Positions 49,277 through 59,070 of a DNA stretch of 64,000 bases are shown here, piece by piece (within the stretch, counting starts at the first letter, position 1; every line of letters starts with the position of its first letter). Position numbers and translations under genes: made by a program. The stretch covers positions 416,001-480,000 of the forward strand of contig CAVPNL010000004.1 of assembly GCA_963706575.1 (NCBI GenBank). The letters are read 5' to 3'. Source of the stretch: an uncultured delta proteobacterium. Its GTDB lineage: Bacteria > Desulfobacterota > Desulfobacteria > Desulfobacterales > JAHEIW01. Under the pieces are notes generated by a model. The model had not been told where the DNA came from, did no database searches, and worked only from the letters and a program-made list of their open reading frames with translations.

Positions 49277-49563
49277 AAATAAGTTAATGCCAAGCAGTTT
49301 ACATTCATAGCGGCTCACCGTTCTTTTATTTAACAAATCTACCCGCCAAACCGTCTATGTGCCCATCTATTCCCATATTTACAGCGGCCTGGGAACCCGT
49401 TTAGCCTGGCCGCCACACTCAGCATCCGCAATGCGGCCTGCGACGAGCTCAGCCGAGTCGATAGCGGCAATTAATGGTTTACATTAACCGGCATCTTGGG
49501 TTAAAAGACTTAGCTGAAACAGACCAACAGAAGACAACCCGAATTCGTGACGAGGTTATTGTT

Positions 49564-51207
49564 ATGCTATCGAAATTATTTAACAAAAAATCTTTTAAAA
49601 ACGGTTGTGGCATTTTTCGCAACCGGTTGGTTTGCGGTATGGTCGCTGCGATCTTTTTGATCACCGGATGCAGCATGGTCGGGCCGGATTTTGTAAAACC
49701 TGAGGCACCGGTGGAGACCGAATGGCTGGAAGCCCGCGATCCGGAAATAAAAACCGCGCCTTCAGACTACAAAGCATGGTGGTCGGCATTCAATGATCCG
49801 GTGCTCGATAGCCTGGTTGAGAACGCCTATCAGCAGAACCTGCCGTTGCAGATTTCCGGAATTCGAATTCTTCAGGCCCGTGCCCAGCTAGGTGTGATCG
49901 CCGGCAATATCTATCCCCAGCAGCAACAGGGAAGAGGCGGCGCCAATTATAATCGAATTAGCGAAAATGCCCCCAATAGCATAGGGGCTGATGATTCCTT
50001 CTGGCAATATGATGCCGGCTTCGATGTTGCCTGGGAACTGGATATCTGGGGAAAATTCCGGCGCGCGATTGAGTCCGGTGTGGCAAATCTGGAAGCGTCC
50101 ATCGCGGACTATGACGACGTTCTGATTTCGTTAACCGCCGAGGTGGCCCGCACGTATGTTCTGCTGCGTACATTTGAAGAACGCCTCGAGATTGCAAGAG
50201 AAAATGTGAAAATCCAGGGGCGCTCCCTGGAAATCGCCGAAATCCGCTTCAAGGCCGGAGCAGTTACCGAGTTGGACGTGGTGCAGGCCAAATCGTTGTT
50301 AAAAAATACCGAGGCATCTATTCCGCGGTTTGAAGCCGGCGTCCGTCAGGCCAAAAATGCCCTGGCCATCCTGCTGGGCCGGTTACCGGGGCAGATCGAT
50401 CACCTGATCGGCGGCGCCAAGCTTATTCCCAAAGCACCGCCGGAAATCGTGGTCGACGTTCCGGCGGAATTGTTGCGCCGCAGGCCCGATATTCAGCTGG
50501 CTGAATATCAAATTGCCTCCCAGACCCCATTGATCGGGGTATCTAAAGCCGACTTATTTCCAAGCTTTCAGCTGTTCGGCTCTTTTGGGCTGCTCACCAG
50601 CAGTTCCAGAAACACCAAGTCCGGCGGCCAAAGCGGCAGCAGTTTCAGCGACCTTTTTGAAGCCGACAGCTTTGAATTTTTCGGCGGGCCGTCTATTCGC
50701 TGGAACCTGTTTAACTATGGCCGCATCAATAACCAGGTGCGTGTGGAAGATGCCCTTTTACAGCAGCTGATTGTCAACTATGAAGACACCGTGCTCAGAG
50801 CGCATCAGGAAGTGGAAGATTCGATGATCGGCTTCTTACGGAAGCAGCAGGAAGCCGGATTTTTAATGGACAGTGTTAAAGCCTCCCAACGGTCGGTGGA
50901 TCTTTCAATGCTTCAGTACAAAGAAGGCCAGGTCGATTACCAGCGTGTGTTGAGTTCTCAGCGGTCTTTAGCAGACCAGCAGGATGTGTGGACGGCAGCC
51001 CGCGGTAGTGCCATTGTCAATCTGATTGCCATGTATAAAGCGCTGGGTGGCGGCTGGCAGATCCGTGAAGGACAAAATTTTGTCTCCAAAGATAATATAG
51101 AACAAATGGAAAAACGCACCAACTGGGGAGACTTGCTCGAACCGAAAGCACTGGTAACACCGGCCTCTGCTAAGGAACGCCAGCAGTGGCGCTGGCCCGA
51201 TTGGTAA
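49564..51207 (+). CDS. Efflux outer-membrane lipoprotein (NodT/OprM family)
   Basis: Lipobox ITGC-SMVGPDF, WWSAFNDPVL, WELDIWG, LLRRRPDI, YKALGGGW; start uncertain. Confidence 0.92.
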   Translation: MLSKLFNKKSFKNGCGIFRNRLVCGMVAAIFLITGCSMVGPDFVKPEAPVETEWLEARDPEIKTAPSDYKAWWSAFNDPVLDSLVENAYQQNLPLQISGIRILQARAQLGVIAGNIYPQQQQGRGGANYNRISENAPNSIGADDSFWQYDAGFDVAWELDIWGKFRRAIESGVANLEASIADYDDVLISLTAEVARTYVLLRTFEERLEIARENVKIQGRSLEIAEIRFKAGAVTELDVVQAKSLLKNTEASIPRFEAGVRQAKNALAILLGRLPGQIDHLIGGAKLIPKAPPEIVVDVPAELLRRRPDIQLAEYQIASQTPLIGVSKADLFPSFQLFGSFGLLTSSSRNTKSGGQSGSSFSDLFEADSFEFFGGPSIRWNLFNYGRINNQVRVEDALLQQLIVNYEDTVLRAHQEVEDSMIGFLRKQQEAGFLMDSVKASQRSVDLSMLQYKEGQVDYQRVLSSQRSLADQQDVWTAARGSAIVNLIAMYKALGGGWQIREGQNFVSKDNIEQMEKRTNWGDLLEPKALVTPASAKERQQWRWPDW

Positions 51208-51362
51208 ATCCTCGAGAGGTTAGTTCTTTAGACTGGACAAACAAAATTCAGTCGATTTTTCTTGAACGTCAATTTGTGCGGCTTACTTGTTTCATGGTCA
51301 TACAAGGCCATGGAAAATTGTAATAAAGTTCTAAAATGCACTGATAGGAAAGGATTGAAACA

Positions 51363-51863
51363 ATGAAACATGTGACCTCCGCGATGCTTTTACTGCTTTT
51401 TCTGGTCTGGTTTGCCGGTCCTGTTTTGGCCCAAGAAGTCATCGTGTTCCCCGCCAAAGGCCAGAGTGAAGAGCAGATGGAACAGGATAAGTTCCAGTGT
51501 TACTCCTGGGCAAAAAAGGAAAGCGGCTTCGATCCCATGGAAATACCAACTGCAACGGCACCCCCGCCAAAGAAAGAAGCGCAAAAAGGCGGTGCGGGGC
51601 GCGGTGCTGTTGCCGGCGCTGCAACCGGTGCGATTGTCGGCGGCATCGTCAAAGGCAGAAAAGGTGCCGGTAGAGGCGCTATCATTGGCGGTGGCAGCGG
51701 TGCCCTTCTCGGTGGTATGCGAAGAGAGAACCAGAGGAAGCAGGAGGAACAAGCACGAAATCAATGGGAACGGGAACAGGCTAACGCATATATGCAGAAG
51801 CGCAATACCTACAATCGCGCATATAGCGCATGCCTTGAAGGAAAAGGTTATACGGTAAAATAG
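51363..51863 (+). CDS. Exported glycine-zipper protein
   Basis: Signal peptide; GAVAGAATGAIVGG glycine zipper; Cys pair (DKFQC, SACLEGKGY). Confidence 0.8.
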   Translation: MKHVTSAMLLLLFLVWFAGPVLAQEVIVFPAKGQSEEQMEQDKFQCYSWAKKESGFDPMEIPTATAPPPKKEAQKGGAGRGAVAGAATGAIVGGIVKGRKGAGRGAIIGGGSGALLGGMRRENQRKQEEQARNQWEREQANAYMQKRNTYNRAYSACLEGKGYTVK

Positions 51864-51911
51864 GATTTCGGATTGATTGGATTTGCGATTTTAAAATTTG
51901 GATTTTGAATT
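51863..51911. repeat. Degenerate GATTT(C/T)G heptamer array, solo arm
   Basis: GGATTTCGGATTGATTGGATTTGCGATTTTAAAATTTGGATTTTGAATT starting at the stop codon. Confidence 0.55.
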
Positions 51912-51943
51912 AAGAAAAATGAGATCCAAACTAAGGAGATAAT

Positions 51944-52378
51944 ATGAAGAAAATATGCATATATGGACTTGTAGCCGTATTTTTTTTCTTTTTTTCGGTG
52001 CCAGTATTTTCCGGTGATTTTGATGGCTCCAAACCGCTGATCTGTGCGGTGATGGATCTTGTTGAATGCCAACCGGGCGGTAAATGCCAGCAGGTAACCG
52101 CCGAAGAGGTAGGAATCCCCCTTTTTTCGAAAATAGATTTCAAAAAGAATGAAATCAGCGCAATCCTTGCTGATGGGACCAAAAGAAGCACACCGATCGA
52201 GAGATTCGAAAAGGTTGATGGCAAAATCATCATTCAGGGCGCAGAAGACGGTATCGAAGGTGTCAGAGATGGCGTGGGCTGGAGTATGGCCATCGCTGAA
52301 GAAACCGGCAAAACCGTGCTAACCGCCTCCGGCGACGAAGTCGGATTTGTGATATTTGGTGCCTGCACGCGGCCATAG
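51944..52378 (+). CDS. Exported hypothetical protein
   Basis: Signal peptide, four Cys in the mature part, RBS AAGGAG. Confidence 0.75.
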   Translation: MKKICIYGLVAVFFFFFSVPVFSGDFDGSKPLICAVMDLVECQPGGKCQQVTAEEVGIPLFSKIDFKKNEISAILADGTKRSTPIERFEKVDGKIIIQGAEDGIEGVRDGVGWSMAIAEETGKTVLTASGDEVGFVIFGACTRP

Positions 52379-52533
52379 GTAAAGTTACTCTCTCTTCATC
52401 AGGGCATACAAACGATTTAATAATTCAATATTTTTATCCCGTTTGGTTGAAATGACATATTTTGTCTGATAAGCATCAGTATAACGCCCTTTAAAAATTA
52501 CAAATCCCGCAACTATCCGTTAAGGAAACCGAA

Positions 52534-53085
52534 ATGACCCAGGAATTTGACCCTAAAAAGAGTTACCTGTCGGTTAAAGCCCATGAAAAAATGATCGCCT
52601 ATGTCGGCTTCAGGATTCAGGATGGAGGAGATGACCGGGATCAGGAGGGGGTAATAAAAATATCTTCCTCTCAACGTCCGTATGGGGGCGGATATATTAC
52701 CCTCACGTTTATTATGGATACCAGGGATGATAATGACTTAAAAGATAAGTTAAGCCAGCGCTTTAACAGCCTGACGGAGGATTCCCTCAGACCCTTCTTG
52801 GGAAAAGATATGCAGAAAATCGTCAAGGTCTCTTTGGATTCCTTAGAACAAATTCCGACATGGTATATCGAGGAGGTTAACGTTTACTTTAGCAAAATCG
52901 ATGATCGTGAGAACGTATTAGTTGAAGATCGATTGATACCAGCGTTGGAATCCAGCCTGTCATTTTCGTTTGATCCCGTGGAATGGTGGCCGGCTGACAG
53001 ACCTGTCAAAGAACCCGAAGAAGCGTCTTTAATGGGGCAGCTCTCTTTGAAGGCTATATTCCGGAAATGGTTTAAAGGGGATTAA
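52534..53085 (+). CDS. Hypothetical protein
   Basis: 183-aa ORF with RBS AAGGA; no motif recognised. Confidence 0.7.
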   Translation: MTQEFDPKKSYLSVKAHEKMIAYVGFRIQDGGDDRDQEGVIKISSSQRPYGGGYITLTFIMDTRDDNDLKDKLSQRFNSLTEDSLRPFLGKDMQKIVKVSLDSLEQIPTWYIEEVNVYFSKIDDRENVLVEDRLIPALESSLSFSFDPVEWWPADRPVKEPEEASLMGQLSLKAIFRKWFKGD

Positions 53086-53099
53086 AATAAGGAGGTTAC

Positions 53100-53465
53100 A
53101 TGACGCTTAAAGTCAATTCTGCTGAAACCCGACCCGGTGTTTTCACCGTATCGCCGATCGGGAGTCTGGATGGAAATACCTACAAGGTTTTGGAAGGTAC
53201 CGTGGAGGCGATCTTAAAGCAATTACCGGATATCATCATCTTCGATCTTGAATTCCTGGATTACATCAACAGCATGGGTATCCGGGTTCTTCTCAAAACC
53301 AAAAAAGAGCTTGAAAAAAATAGCGGCAAGATCATGTTCATGCACCTGCAGCCCCAGATCAGGAAGGTTTTTGATATTTTAAACGCCCTGCCAACTCTGC
53401 AGGTGTTTACCAGCATTCAGGAGATGGATGAGTATCTCGACGCGATGCAAAAAGCCGCCCGGTAG
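53100..53465 (+). CDS. STAS-domain anti-sigma factor antagonist
   Basis: GSLD, IFDLEFLDYINSMGIRVL, QIRKVFDI; RBS AAGGAGG. Confidence 0.88.
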   Translation: MTLKVNSAETRPGVFTVSPIGSLDGNTYKVLEGTVEAILKQLPDIIIFDLEFLDYINSMGIRVLLKTKKELEKNSGKIMFMHLQPQIRKVFDILNALPTLQVFTSIQEMDEYLDAMQKAAR

Positions 53466-53566
53466 AGGGGATTTATAAGCAATTATCTTTAAACCGTGCG
53501 CTTTTTTGGTCTTCATCAAAACATTCCCCGCCGGGGATTTTAGATTACGGATTTGTAGAGGAGAAC

Positions 53567-53965
53567 ATGAAAAAATATGTTCTGTTGATTACACTGGCTT
53601 TTTTTCTGGTTGCATGTACCAGCGGTAAAACGGAATTCTTTCCGTCTCAGGGGTATTCAGCTGATGCAGCTGAAGTAACGGTTATCCGACAAGGCGGTAT
53701 GTTCGGAATGGGTTTTTCAATGCAGGTTCTTTGGGATGGTGAAGTCATCGCCCGCCTGAAGACCGGACAATATCTAACTTTTTACGTCGATCCCGGCGTT
53801 CACAAAATCGGCATACAGAAATCAACCATTACCGTCATGCTGGAAAGGGCGCGCAAACATTATTTTGCGATAAAAACCGATTCATCCCAATTCGGTTTTG
53901 AGATCGAACGTATTAGTGAAAACAAAGCAACGTCATGGATGGCGCAGGCGCAGTCAATAAATTAG
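53567..53965 (+). CDS. Lipoprotein (DUF2846-like)
   Basis: Lipobox LVAC; DGEVIARLKTGQY...PGVHKI. Confidence 0.75.
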   Translation: MKKYVLLITLAFFLVACTSGKTEFFPSQGYSADAAEVTVIRQGGMFGMGFSMQVLWDGEVIARLKTGQYLTFYVDPGVHKIGIQKSTITVMLERARKHYFAIKTDSSQFGFEIERISENKATSWMAQAQSIN

Positions 53966-53966
53966 A

Positions 53967-54006
53967 TATTTCGGATTGCAGAATGCGGATTGCGGATTTT
54001 GATTTT
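53967..54006. repeat. GATTGCG-type heptamer array, solo arm
   Basis: ATTTCG GATTGCA GAATGCG GATTGCG GATTTT just after the stop codon. Confidence 0.7.
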
Positions 54007-54024
54007 TGGAGAGAACCCCTATGT

Positions 54025-54069
54025 AAAAAAAACGGGGCTTCCATGATATAGAAGCCCCGCATTTTTTTT
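54025..54069. terminator. Bidirectional Rho-independent terminator
   Basis: A-run, CGGGGCTTC-loop-GAAGCCCCG, T-run, between convergent genes. Confidence 0.8.
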
Positions 54070-54146
54070 ACTATTTTCCGAAAGTGCGGCAGTGCCTGAA
54101 GCCGATTCAGCTCCACCGCCACCCATCAGATAAAAAGACCGAATGC

Positions 54147-54917
54147 TTAGAACTTGAACACCACCAGCACGGCAGTGAAAAGTTGGGTTTCAGAGCCTTC
54201 ATCCACCACCGGGCTGCCATCATCGGCATCACCCACCAGCTGTTTGATTTGAGCCAGACCGCGCAGGTTCCAGCTTTGCGCAAAGGCCCAGTTGACACCC
54301 AGATCCAGACCAATGTCTTTGAAGCTCTCATCGGCGTCATAGGTCGGCAGCCCGCTCCGGGCCGAATCACTTCCGTTAACGCCAAAATAAGTTTGCATGT
54401 AATCATCGTCGGCATAGGTGGTGAAGGCGCCCATTGTAAGCGCCCATTCTGGGTTGATGATCCAGGTATAGCCGCCCTTGAGCGTAGCATACCAGCCCTC
54501 ATAAGCATTGCCCGTATCGCCTAATATATCTAAAAACACATACCAATTGTCCCACTCGATGCCGCCAAAAATACCGAACTCATTGGCGTCGCTGATATCC
54601 TTCATCCTGTCGACCCGGTCGTTTTCCACATTGTCTCGTTCCGATCGATAATTGTAGACCGGCCCCAGGCGCCAGAATTTGCTGGGGATCAAGTTGGCTC
54701 TCAGATTCAACCCCAGCAATTTCACATACATGCCGTTGTCGAATTTGGCGTCGGCTGCCGGTACCGGCACCAGCTCGTAATCAGATGAGCCCTCGTAATC
54801 AGGGGCCACACCGATACCGCCGCCGATGGAATATTGCCCGGCCTGGACTCCCGGGGTCACCAGCAGTGCGACCAGCAGCACGGCCAGCAACCAACCACAG
54901 ATTCCTTGATGTTTCAT
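54147..54917 (-). CDS. MipA/OmpV family outer-membrane protein
   Basis: Signal peptide; PDYEGSSDY, DYMQTYFGV, SPVV motifs; C-terminal Phe. Confidence 0.9.
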   Translation of the reverse strand: MKHQGICGWLLAVLLVALLVTPGVQAGQYSIGGGIGVAPDYEGSSDYELVPVPAADAKFDNGMYVKLLGLNLRANLIPSKFWRLGPVYNYRSERDNVENDRVDRMKDISDANEFGIFGGIEWDNWYVFLDILGDTGNAYEGWYATLKGGYTWIINPEWALTMGAFTTYADDDYMQTYFGVNGSDSARSGLPTYDADESFKDIGLDLGVNWAFAQSWNLRGLAQIKQLVGDADDGSPVVDEGSETQLFTAVLVVFKF

Positions 54918-55181
54918 CTTTCTCCTCCTTTTCCCTTGTTGTTTCGAACTATAGAATCACTGCAACTTTAAATAATGATACTTGTTATCATTTTGTCGAT
55001 TCTCGACAAAATAGATCAACAGAGATCAAAAGGCAAGAGAAAATAAAATTTTAACAATTGACGAGACCCGGATGATGCAGTTCCAATAAGCCTTTATGTA
55101 AGGTATATATCAGGGGAATTGTGTCTGGGAGACGGTCAATTTTATCCTGGAATGAGAATCATCGGGCACAAAATCTATTTT

Positions 55182-56189
55182 TCACCCGAGTTTTTTAAGC
55201 TCCAGCCCCATCAGGGTAATATCATCCTGCGGTTTGGCATTGTGGCCAAAATCCATCAGGGATTTAATAGACTTCTCGACCATGTCATTTATTGATTCTC
55301 CGCGCAGCGTTTCCAGTGTCTCGTAAAATCGCCCGGTACCATAAAATTCATCATCACGATTCTGATATTCAACGATTCCGTCCGTATAAACGAATAGTTT
55401 ATCGCCGGGATGAAGCTGGTGGCGCCCTTCCTCAAATCGGTCCGCCTGCTCGGTTAACAGGTGAAAATCTCCCGTTCCGATAGCCGGACCGCCCTTTGGC
55501 AATAGTTCCACCTTTCCGCTTTTGCACATCACAATGGAGTGCGGGTGCCCGGCATTGCTGTATCTTAATTCTCCGGTTGCGGTATTGATGATCATGTAGG
55601 TAATGGTAAAAAAATTATTGAAGCGTTCAAATGGAAACTCCGCATCAAGGGCGGCAAGTACCTCAGCCGGCGTCATTAATTGAAGGGGTTGTGATGATTT
55701 GCCGGTTTTTCTTTTGAATAGATGGCCTGAATTGGGCTGCAAAAACTGAGAAACCGAAACGGTGATCATTGCCGCTTCCACCCCGTGCCCGCTGACATCG
55801 AGCATGTAAATGGCCCAATGATCCTCATCCAGTCGAAACATATTGAAAATGTCTCCGCCCATATGTTCACAGGGCTCAAATTTCCAGGCAACCGCCATGT
55901 TCTCGGCTGAATCAATTTTTTGGGGCAAAAGGCTTTTCTGGATCTGAGCCGCCGCTGCAAGGTCGGCATCCAGCCGTTTTTGTTTGTCAAGCAGCTCCTG
56001 ATTCAGCTGGTTGAGCTTTTTTCCGGCGGCCGAATACTTTAAGACCAGATCCTGCAAAAGCTGGTTATTGATGCCGGTGTCTTTTAAAGAAGCCCAGTAC
56101 TCTATAATTTGCTTTACCAGCGAGGCGTGCTGCGGCTTTTTGATGTCTAACTCTTTAATTTTATCTTTTAACGAGTCTTCGAAATTCAT
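55182..56189 (-). CDS. PP2C/SpoIIE (RsbU-like) serine phosphatase
   Basis: IQKSLLP, GGDIF, DVSGHG, NAGHP, YTDGIVE, DDIT motifs. Confidence 0.93.
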   Translation of the reverse strand: MNFEDSLKDKIKELDIKKPQHASLVKQIIEYWASLKDTGINNQLLQDLVLKYSAAGKKLNQLNQELLDKQKRLDADLAAAAQIQKSLLPQKIDSAENMAVAWKFEPCEHMGGDIFNMFRLDEDHWAIYMLDVSGHGVEAAMITVSVSQFLQPNSGHLFKRKTGKSSQPLQLMTPAEVLAALDAEFPFERFNNFFTITYMIINTATGELRYSNAGHPHSIVMCKSGKVELLPKGGPAIGTGDFHLLTEQADRFEEGRHQLHPGDKLFVYTDGIVEYQNRDDEFYGTGRFYETLETLRGESINDMVEKSIKSLMDFGHNAKPQDDITLMGLELKKLG

Positions 56190-56190
56190 C

Positions 56191-57054
56191 TTATTTAAAC
56201 CGTTGCCCAATTTTGTCGAAATTGAAACGATAATCGTCGTCAATGATGCCATCAATGCCCACCCCTTTTAAGGTGGCCAGCGATTCGAACACATAGCGAA
56301 GGGTCTCTTTGTCGTTGATGATACTGCCGTGCTGCGGTGCGATCGTCGTAAATGGAATGTCCAAAATCTGATCGAGTGAGTATCTTAACGCTTTTTCAGA
56401 TGGCATAACGGTTTTGTGGAAATTCAAGATGTCCCGGATCGGACAGATCTTCCTGCCCTTTGGGCATTCGGCAAGGCTGGCGCAATCCATACATTCCGGT
56501 TTCAAGTTTAGAAACAGTTCCCATTCGAGACCCAGACTGCCGAATAAATCGCTGGTGAACAGAATGCCGCTTTGGGGATCAAACGTAACGATGCTGCCGC
56601 CCGAATGTGAGTATGGGGTTTTGATAAACTGCAGAGTGCGCCCGGAAGAAAACGCATATTGATAATTCAGCTTGCTGATGGGAAGCAAGCGGGTGGCCAC
56701 CGAGTAATGGCGGATAAACATTAAATTTTCCGAATCGGATAGAATCTTCAGGTCATTTCTTTTGATGATATCTTCAAAATTAGGAATACTACCGCAAAGA
56801 TCAGGGTCATAGTGCTGGTAAAGCAAAGCGACAATCTGGTTGGGCGCAATGCCGGTTTGCAATATTTTCATCATCACCGTGGCAAAATCCGGGCGGCTGC
56901 CGCCGTCAATGACAATGGCCTCATCGTTATCAACAATCAGATACGGGTTACAATGCAAACCGGCCTGCTCATCGTAAAAGCCGACCCAGTGGACGCCTTC
57001 GGCGATTTCCACTGAACTCTCAAGGTCAATGTCGTCCTTTTTGAGGTTGTACAT
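56191..57054 (-). CDS. Metallo-beta-lactamase-fold di-iron protein (ODP/FprA N-terminal-like)
   Basis: CNPYLI, HYDPDLCGS, TPYSHSGG, FTSDLFG, IAPQHG; no flavodoxin domain. Confidence 0.85.
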   Translation of the reverse strand: MYNLKKDDIDLESSVEIAEGVHWVGFYDEQAGLHCNPYLIVDNDEAIVIDGGSRPDFATVMMKILQTGIAPNQIVALLYQHYDPDLCGSIPNFEDIIKRNDLKILSDSENLMFIRHYSVATRLLPISKLNYQYAFSSGRTLQFIKTPYSHSGGSIVTFDPQSGILFTSDLFGSLGLEWELFLNLKPECMDCASLAECPKGRKICPIRDILNFHKTVMPSEKALRYSLDQILDIPFTTIAPQHGSIINDKETLRYVFESLATLKGVGIDGIIDDDYRFNFDKIGQRFK

Positions 57055-57160
57055 ATCATCGTCCTTCTCAAGTATAAGGAATAAATTAATATTCCTTATA
57101 ATTTTTGTATTAAGCATCCCAATGTCAAGACCGTTGAAATAAAATAGCCGATCACAGACG

Positions 57161-57201
57161 TAAGCGGGGCTTCTGTATACCAGAAGCCCCGCTTATTTTT
57201 T
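57161..57201. terminator. Strong hairpin, probable terminator
   Basis: TAAGCGGGGCTTCTG-TATAC-CAGAAGCCCCGCTTA, a 15-bp stem followed by a T-run on the + strand. Confidence 0.75.
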
Positions 57202-57258
57202 CAAATTAAAATTGCCGACTGCATTTATACCAGTGTTATGAAATTTGGCAACGGGCCT

Positions 57259-57419
57259 AGTGTCATGCCCTATAAATAATTTGTAAAATGAATGTCACTC
57301 CCGCGCAGGCGGGAGTCCAGTTCAGAGATTCCGGATTCCCGCCTGCGCGGGAATGACGGATCGATACCATGACACAGAACTGAATAATATTTTAGAAGAT
57401 ATTTTTGGGACATGACACT
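57259..57419. repeat. REP-like pair nested in an outer inverted repeat
   Basis: Inner GTCACTCCCGCGCAGGCGGGAGTCC / GGATTCCCGCCTGCGCGGGAATGAC; outer AGTGTCATGCCC / GGGACATGACACT. Confidence 0.8.
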
Positions 57420-57424
57420 GTCGA

Positions 57425-58255
57425 TTATTCAGCAATCAATTTGTTACGATGTTCGACGTAGGCATCGCGAACCGCCACATAGGGGTCCAGTACGGCCTCT
57501 TTCATGGCATCGATATCGTCAATCTGAAACGATAATTCATTAAACTTGTCATAGGCCGTTATGGCCACTGTTGTCCGCCAGCTGTAACCGCCGAACTTAT
57601 CGTATCTGAGCCAGCTGACCGGATCTAAAAAATACGAGTCGATAAACCGGGCAGTATCGCGCAGGGTGTATGGCCCTAAAACGGGTAGCATAATGAAAAA
57701 ACCGTTTCCGGTGCCCCAGACGGCCAGTGTCTGGCCGAGGTCCTCGGGACTGGGCGGTAGATTTTCATAATGAGAAGCCACATCGCCGATGCCCAGAAAA
57801 CCGACGCTGGTGTTCAATAAAAAGGAGCCAAATTCCTCCGCGGCCTTAACGCCCTTGGCCTGCAAAAGGCAGTTGACAAATCGGATGGGAAATCTCAGAT
57901 TGTAAAAAAAATTTTTGACGCATGACCGAACTTCAACCGGCATAATCTTGTTGTATACTTTGGCCGTCGGCTTTAATAAAATAATGTACAGGCTGTCATT
58001 GAACCAGAACATATCACGGTTGAACTGGTGCAGGGGGTCGTTAATCTGGACGACATCATCCGCATATTCGTCATCGTCTTCGTAGTCTTCATCTTCCTCA
58101 GCTTCTGCTTCCTGACTTTGCTGGGCCAGATAGAGTCCGGGCTCACGGTCCGCTGCAAAAGCGGGAGTGCAAAAACAAACGATCGAGAAAAAAACCAACA
58201 TTATTGCCGCAGCCAATAATTTTTTCACGGGTTTCGCTCCTTTCTGCTTTTTCAT
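57425..58255 (-). CDS. mlaA: VacJ/MlaA family protein
   Basis: DPLHQFNR, EDLGQTL, LPVLGPYTLRD, DPYVAVRDAY. Confidence 0.92.
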   Translation of the reverse strand: MKKQKGAKPVKKLLAAAIMLVFFSIVCFCTPAFAADREPGLYLAQQSQEAEAEEDEDYEDDDEYADDVVQINDPLHQFNRDMFWFNDSLYIILLKPTAKVYNKIMPVEVRSCVKNFFYNLRFPIRFVNCLLQAKGVKAAEEFGSFLLNTSVGFLGIGDVASHYENLPPSPEDLGQTLAVWGTGNGFFIMLPVLGPYTLRDTARFIDSYFLDPVSWLRYDKFGGYSWRTTVAITAYDKFNELSFQIDDIDAMKEAVLDPYVAVRDAYVEHRNKLIAE

Positions 58256-58365
58256 ATGAAATCCGCCAACACCGATGCGCTTCGCCGGTTTCCGTCAAAA
58301 GGGGAATATTCGATAAAAACCCAATCAGCCATGACGTTTCGCCAGAAGACAGGGCGCCGGAAGCC

Positions 58366-58980
58366 TTAGCCGGCTGGCTTTTCTTTGGTTTTTTCCCGCA
58401 GGGTTTGCAGCAGGTCTTCGGGCTTCTTTGTCGAAAGAATCTGCCTGAACTGCCCGCGATAGTTTTTGACCATGCTGACGCCTTCGATGACGACATCGTA
58501 GACCCGCCATTGACCGCTTTTATCGGTCATCCGGTAAAACAAGGGCACCTTTTTATTATCCGTCGTGATAATATAGCTTTCAACTTCCACCCTGCCCTTC
58601 TTGAGTTCGGTCTCTTTGCCGAATTCGATTTTCTCCTGGGTATAGGCCAGAATGCGGTCCGCATAGATACCTTTAAGAAGTTCCTCAAAAAGCGTCACGA
58701 ATTCTTTTTGCTGATCCGGCGAAAAATTTTTCCATTCCCGCCCGAGGGTGCGCTGCGACAGCTCCTGCCAATCAAATACCTTATTAATGATCGTGCTGAT
58801 CTCAGTCAGTTTGGCGTCTTTCTGCAACCCTTTAAATTCCGGCGTCTGCATTTTGGCCAGCATCTTGTCGATTTGCGCTTTAACCGTGTCTTTTGCACCG
58901 CCGGCCAATACCGGCAACGGCAGGATCAATAAAACAACAAGTAGTATGATTATTTTCAGTCCGATACGTTTACTTTTCAT
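58366..58980 (-). CDS. mlaC: Phospholipid-binding periplasmic protein MlaC
   Basis: TLGREW, WRVYDVVIEGVSMVKNYRGQF. Confidence 0.92.
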   Translation of the reverse strand: MKSKRIGLKIIILLVVLLILPLPVLAGGAKDTVKAQIDKMLAKMQTPEFKGLQKDAKLTEISTIINKVFDWQELSQRTLGREWKNFSPDQQKEFVTLFEELLKGIYADRILAYTQEKIEFGKETELKKGRVEVESYIITTDNKKVPLFYRMTDKSGQWRVYDVVIEGVSMVKNYRGQFRQILSTKKPEDLLQTLREKTKEKPAG

Positions 58981-59070
58981 CTGTCTTTCCCTCCTGAAAA
59001 ACGAAAATTTACAACTTTAATAATATAGCCCGGCTAATCTTTAAGCGATATCATGTAACGCCCAATCCTG

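Noticed and set aside
49436..49461. Short palindromes (CGACGAGCTCAGCCGAGTCG here; also near 26733, 30829 and 53526)
   Set aside because: Probably REP-like remnants, but single, short and not assignable to a family from this window alone.
49564..51207. Outer-membrane efflux channel without adjacent RND or membrane-fusion genes
   Set aside because: Stand-alone outer-membrane factors are common.
58204..58932. 242-aa plus-strand ORF, and similar long antisense ORFs such as 19032..19970
   Set aside because: Antisense to well-supported genes (mlaC, DASS); no motifs or RBS support.
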